From the NCBI GenBank assembly GCA_035290085.1, contig DATDVK010000013.1:1-35325 (forward strand): a stretch of DNA of 35,325 nucleotides, in the 5' to 3' direction. Below the pieces are notes generated by a model, which saw only the letters and a list, made by a program, of their open reading frames with translations, searched no databases and had not been told where the DNA came from. This DNA is from Candidatus Peribacteraceae bacterium (lineage in GTDB: Bacteria > Patescibacteriota > Gracilibacteria > Peribacterales > Peribacteraceae). The position numbers were made by a program, and so were the translations under genes. Below, in pieces: positions 34,029-35,325 of this stretch. Positions within the stretch are counted from its first letter, which is position 1. Each line of letters begins with the position of its first letter.

Positions 34029-34688
34029 ATGGCTACACCAGATGGTGAACCCCGGCTTGGAAGAAAGGAACTTCTGCTCGATGATCCCGCTGCGCTCGAC
34101 CATTTCAGAAAAATACTTGGGAAGAGGCTCAGGGTCCATGGGGATCTCTCCGCAAGGGATCAGGCGATGCTGGCGAGTGTTGTCTCCTCCGTTGGTTGTG
34201 TGGGACTTTCCCAAACGACTGAGGCAGATGCGTATGGGGACATGGCTATGATAGCTGATTTAGTGGTAACAGCGTTCGACGCCAGATCGGTGGTCGATGT
34301 CCTGCCGCAAGGAGGTGCAGCGGGGAAACCTGATATAGAAGCTCTTGCTGCTCAAGTCGCTGGGCGGGTCGGAGAACAACTCCGTCCGCTTAATGAGCGT
34401 CACGGAGGACGCTTGGAACGTCATTTCCAGTTGGTGCAAGCATCCAGAAGCGGTGCACCAGCAGAGGGAGCAGAACAGAGAGTTCTCCCCGATGTCGATC
34501 CTGAGGCTGCAGGGCGAGTGGCGCAGAGCATCCATGCAATGGTCATGACTGCTCTCCAGCAACCCACACTGGCTCAGGGGCTTGCCGCCATGCGCGATCT
34601 CGCGGGGGCGTTCTCACGCAGTGATCCACAGAAGAGGATGATTCTCCTCCTCGGTGCGTGCAGCCCGTCGGATGAGGGTGCTGAGTAG
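34029..34688 (+). CDS. Hypothetical Ala/Arg-rich protein
   Basis: The ORF is open from TTG 33990 and the first ATG is at 34029 (MATPDGEP). By eye it is GC-richer than most of the window. No family recognised. Confidence 0.5.
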   Translation: MATPDGEPRLGRKELLLDDPAALDHFRKILGKRLRVHGDLSARDQAMLASVVSSVGCVGLSQTTEADAYGDMAMIADLVVTAFDARSVVDVLPQGGAAGKPDIEALAAQVAGRVGEQLRPLNERHGGRLERHFQLVQASRSGAPAEGAEQRVLPDVDPEAAGRVAQSIHAMVMTALQQPTLAQGLAAMRDLAGAFSRSDPQKRMILLLGACSPSDEGAE

Positions 34689-34711
34689 AGTTTTCAAGAA
34701 GATGTTCTCTT

Positions 34712-34728
34712 TGGTGGAGCTGAGGAGA
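34712..34728 (-). repeat. Exact 17-nt duplicate of the tRNA-Ala 3' end (att-like scar)
   Basis: TGGTGGAGCTGAGGAGA at 34712-34728 is identical to 34796-34812 (plus strand). On the minus strand this reads TCTCCTCAGCTCCACCA, the T-arm 3' half, acceptor 3' strand and CCA. Confidence 0.6.
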
Positions 34729-34795
34729 CCGGCTCCACTCACGTTTCGCCGAGTCTCAGGTACAAACCATCTCGGCGCAGCGCAGCGAAGACGGA

Positions 34796-34872
34796 TGGTG
34801 GAGCTGAGGAGAATTGAACTCCTGACCTCCTGCTTGCAAAGCAGGCGCTCTAGCCAGCTGAGCTACAGCCCC
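34796..34872 (-). tRNA. tRNA-Ala (anticodon UGC), CCA encoded
   Basis: Minus strand: GGGGCTGTAGCTCAGCTGGCTAGAGCGCCTGCTTTGCAAGCAGGAGGTCAGGAGTTCAATTCTCCTCAGCTCCACCA. It has the G3:U70 identity pair and a canonical T loop. Confidence 0.95.
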
Positions 34873-34925
34873 ACGAGCGAGGCAATACTACCGAAAGAAT
34901 CAGTGCTGCAAAAACAAAAACTTCT

Positions 34926-35183
34926 TTAGAATGTCGGCGGCGGGGCCTCGATCGTTTTCGGGAAGACGCTGTAAATCGGTGCCATAAGGATCTTTGTCGT
35001 GCCTGTCATCCTCGCAAGGCCGAAGAAGAACATGAGCACGCCTACGATGACGACGAACATGTAGATGCCGCCGACGTAGCGCATCCATTCCGCTTCTCCG
35101 AACATATCCGCAATGCGCTCACGGAACTTGATGAGTACGAATCCTCCGATGATGAGGAGCATGTTGATGATAAATCTTCCCAT
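34926..35183 (-). CDS. Small hypothetical membrane protein (85 aa)
   Basis: Two hydrophobic helices (FIINMLLIIGGFVLI and GGIYMFVVIVGVLMFFFGL). No family recognised. Confidence 0.5.
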   Translation of the reverse strand: MGRFIINMLLIIGGFVLIKFRERIADMFGEAEWMRYVGGIYMFVVIVGVLMFFFGLARMTGTTKILMAPIYSVFPKTIEAPPPTF

Positions 35184-35202
35184 AGCGCGGGGAGGAAAAT
35201 AC

Positions 35203-35325
35203 TTACGCGGCGGTATTGAGCATTTTTTTCACATCCTCTTTCGATTTTGCTCCGACGAAGCTGTTCACAGGCTCGCCTCCTTTAAAGAGGATGAATGTGG
35301 GGATACTCATGACATTGAACTTTCC
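35203..35325 (-). CDS. trxA: Thioredoxin, C-terminal 40 codons only (5' part lies beyond the window)
   Basis: The minus-strand translation GKFNVMSIPTFILFKGGEPVNSFVGAKSKEDVKKMLNTAA* matches the conserved thioredoxin C-terminus (..IPT...FK.G......VGA). Confidence 0.75.
   Translation of the reverse strand, partial: GKFNVMSIPTFILFKGGEPVNSFVGAKSKEDVKKMLNTAA

Noticed and set aside
34689-34800. tmRNA (ssrA) gene suggested by a second ...CAGCTCCACCA end.
   Set aside because: The region has no matching GGGGCTG 5' acceptor strand, no proper 7-nt T loop and no tag reading frame or pseudoknot region. The copy is only 17 nt, so it fits a tRNA-end duplication better.
1-35325. Alternative genetic code (for example UGA recoding).
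   Set aside because: All recognisable genes read through as full-length proteins with the standard code and end at plausible positions.

Overview
Densely packed bacterial chromosomal window, standard genetic code, by eye mid-50s % GC, mostly minus-strand genes. No rRNA, CRISPR array, transposase or integrase is visible. The left two thirds are housekeeping: 5'-truncated valS, a lexA-dinB SOS pair with a palindromic operator over its promoter, and an envelope cluster (LCP ligase, DUF1624-like protein, orphan membrane proteins). These are followed by rplJ-rplL with a structured leader, dtd, a RelA-type (p)ppGpp synthetase, tig, secF, and an operon with a large Ig/FN3 surface protein, a PfkB kinase and a TPR protein. 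The right third (about 24.4-34.8 kb) is bracketed by converging tRNA-Cys and tRNA-Ala genes and looks accessory. It carries a non-canonical radical-SAM-like enzyme with a divergent TrmB-type regulator, a glutaredoxin-CcdA-like fusion, and two tandem archaeal-type PurP (FAICAR synthetase family) paralogs plus a GNAT. A ghost copy of a purP 3' end sits between the two purP genes. The segment also holds a ClpP-fold peptidase and an orphan gene driven by back-to-back near-consensus promoters, and a 17-nt duplicate of the tRNA-Ala 3' end. Two families of intergenic inverted repeats recur at gene ends. Two long non-coding stretches (17468-18082 and 24442-24786) are rich in perfect helices. None of the start codons I inspected has a Shine-Dalgarno motif, and several promoters sit so close to the ATG that the mRNAs would be leaderless. 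I found no single clearly novel multi-gene system. The best candidates for follow-up are the tRNA-bracketed archaeal-type purP/radical-SAM/TrmB segment, the two structured non-coding regions and the repeat families. All functional calls rest on motif recognition by eye, with no database search.
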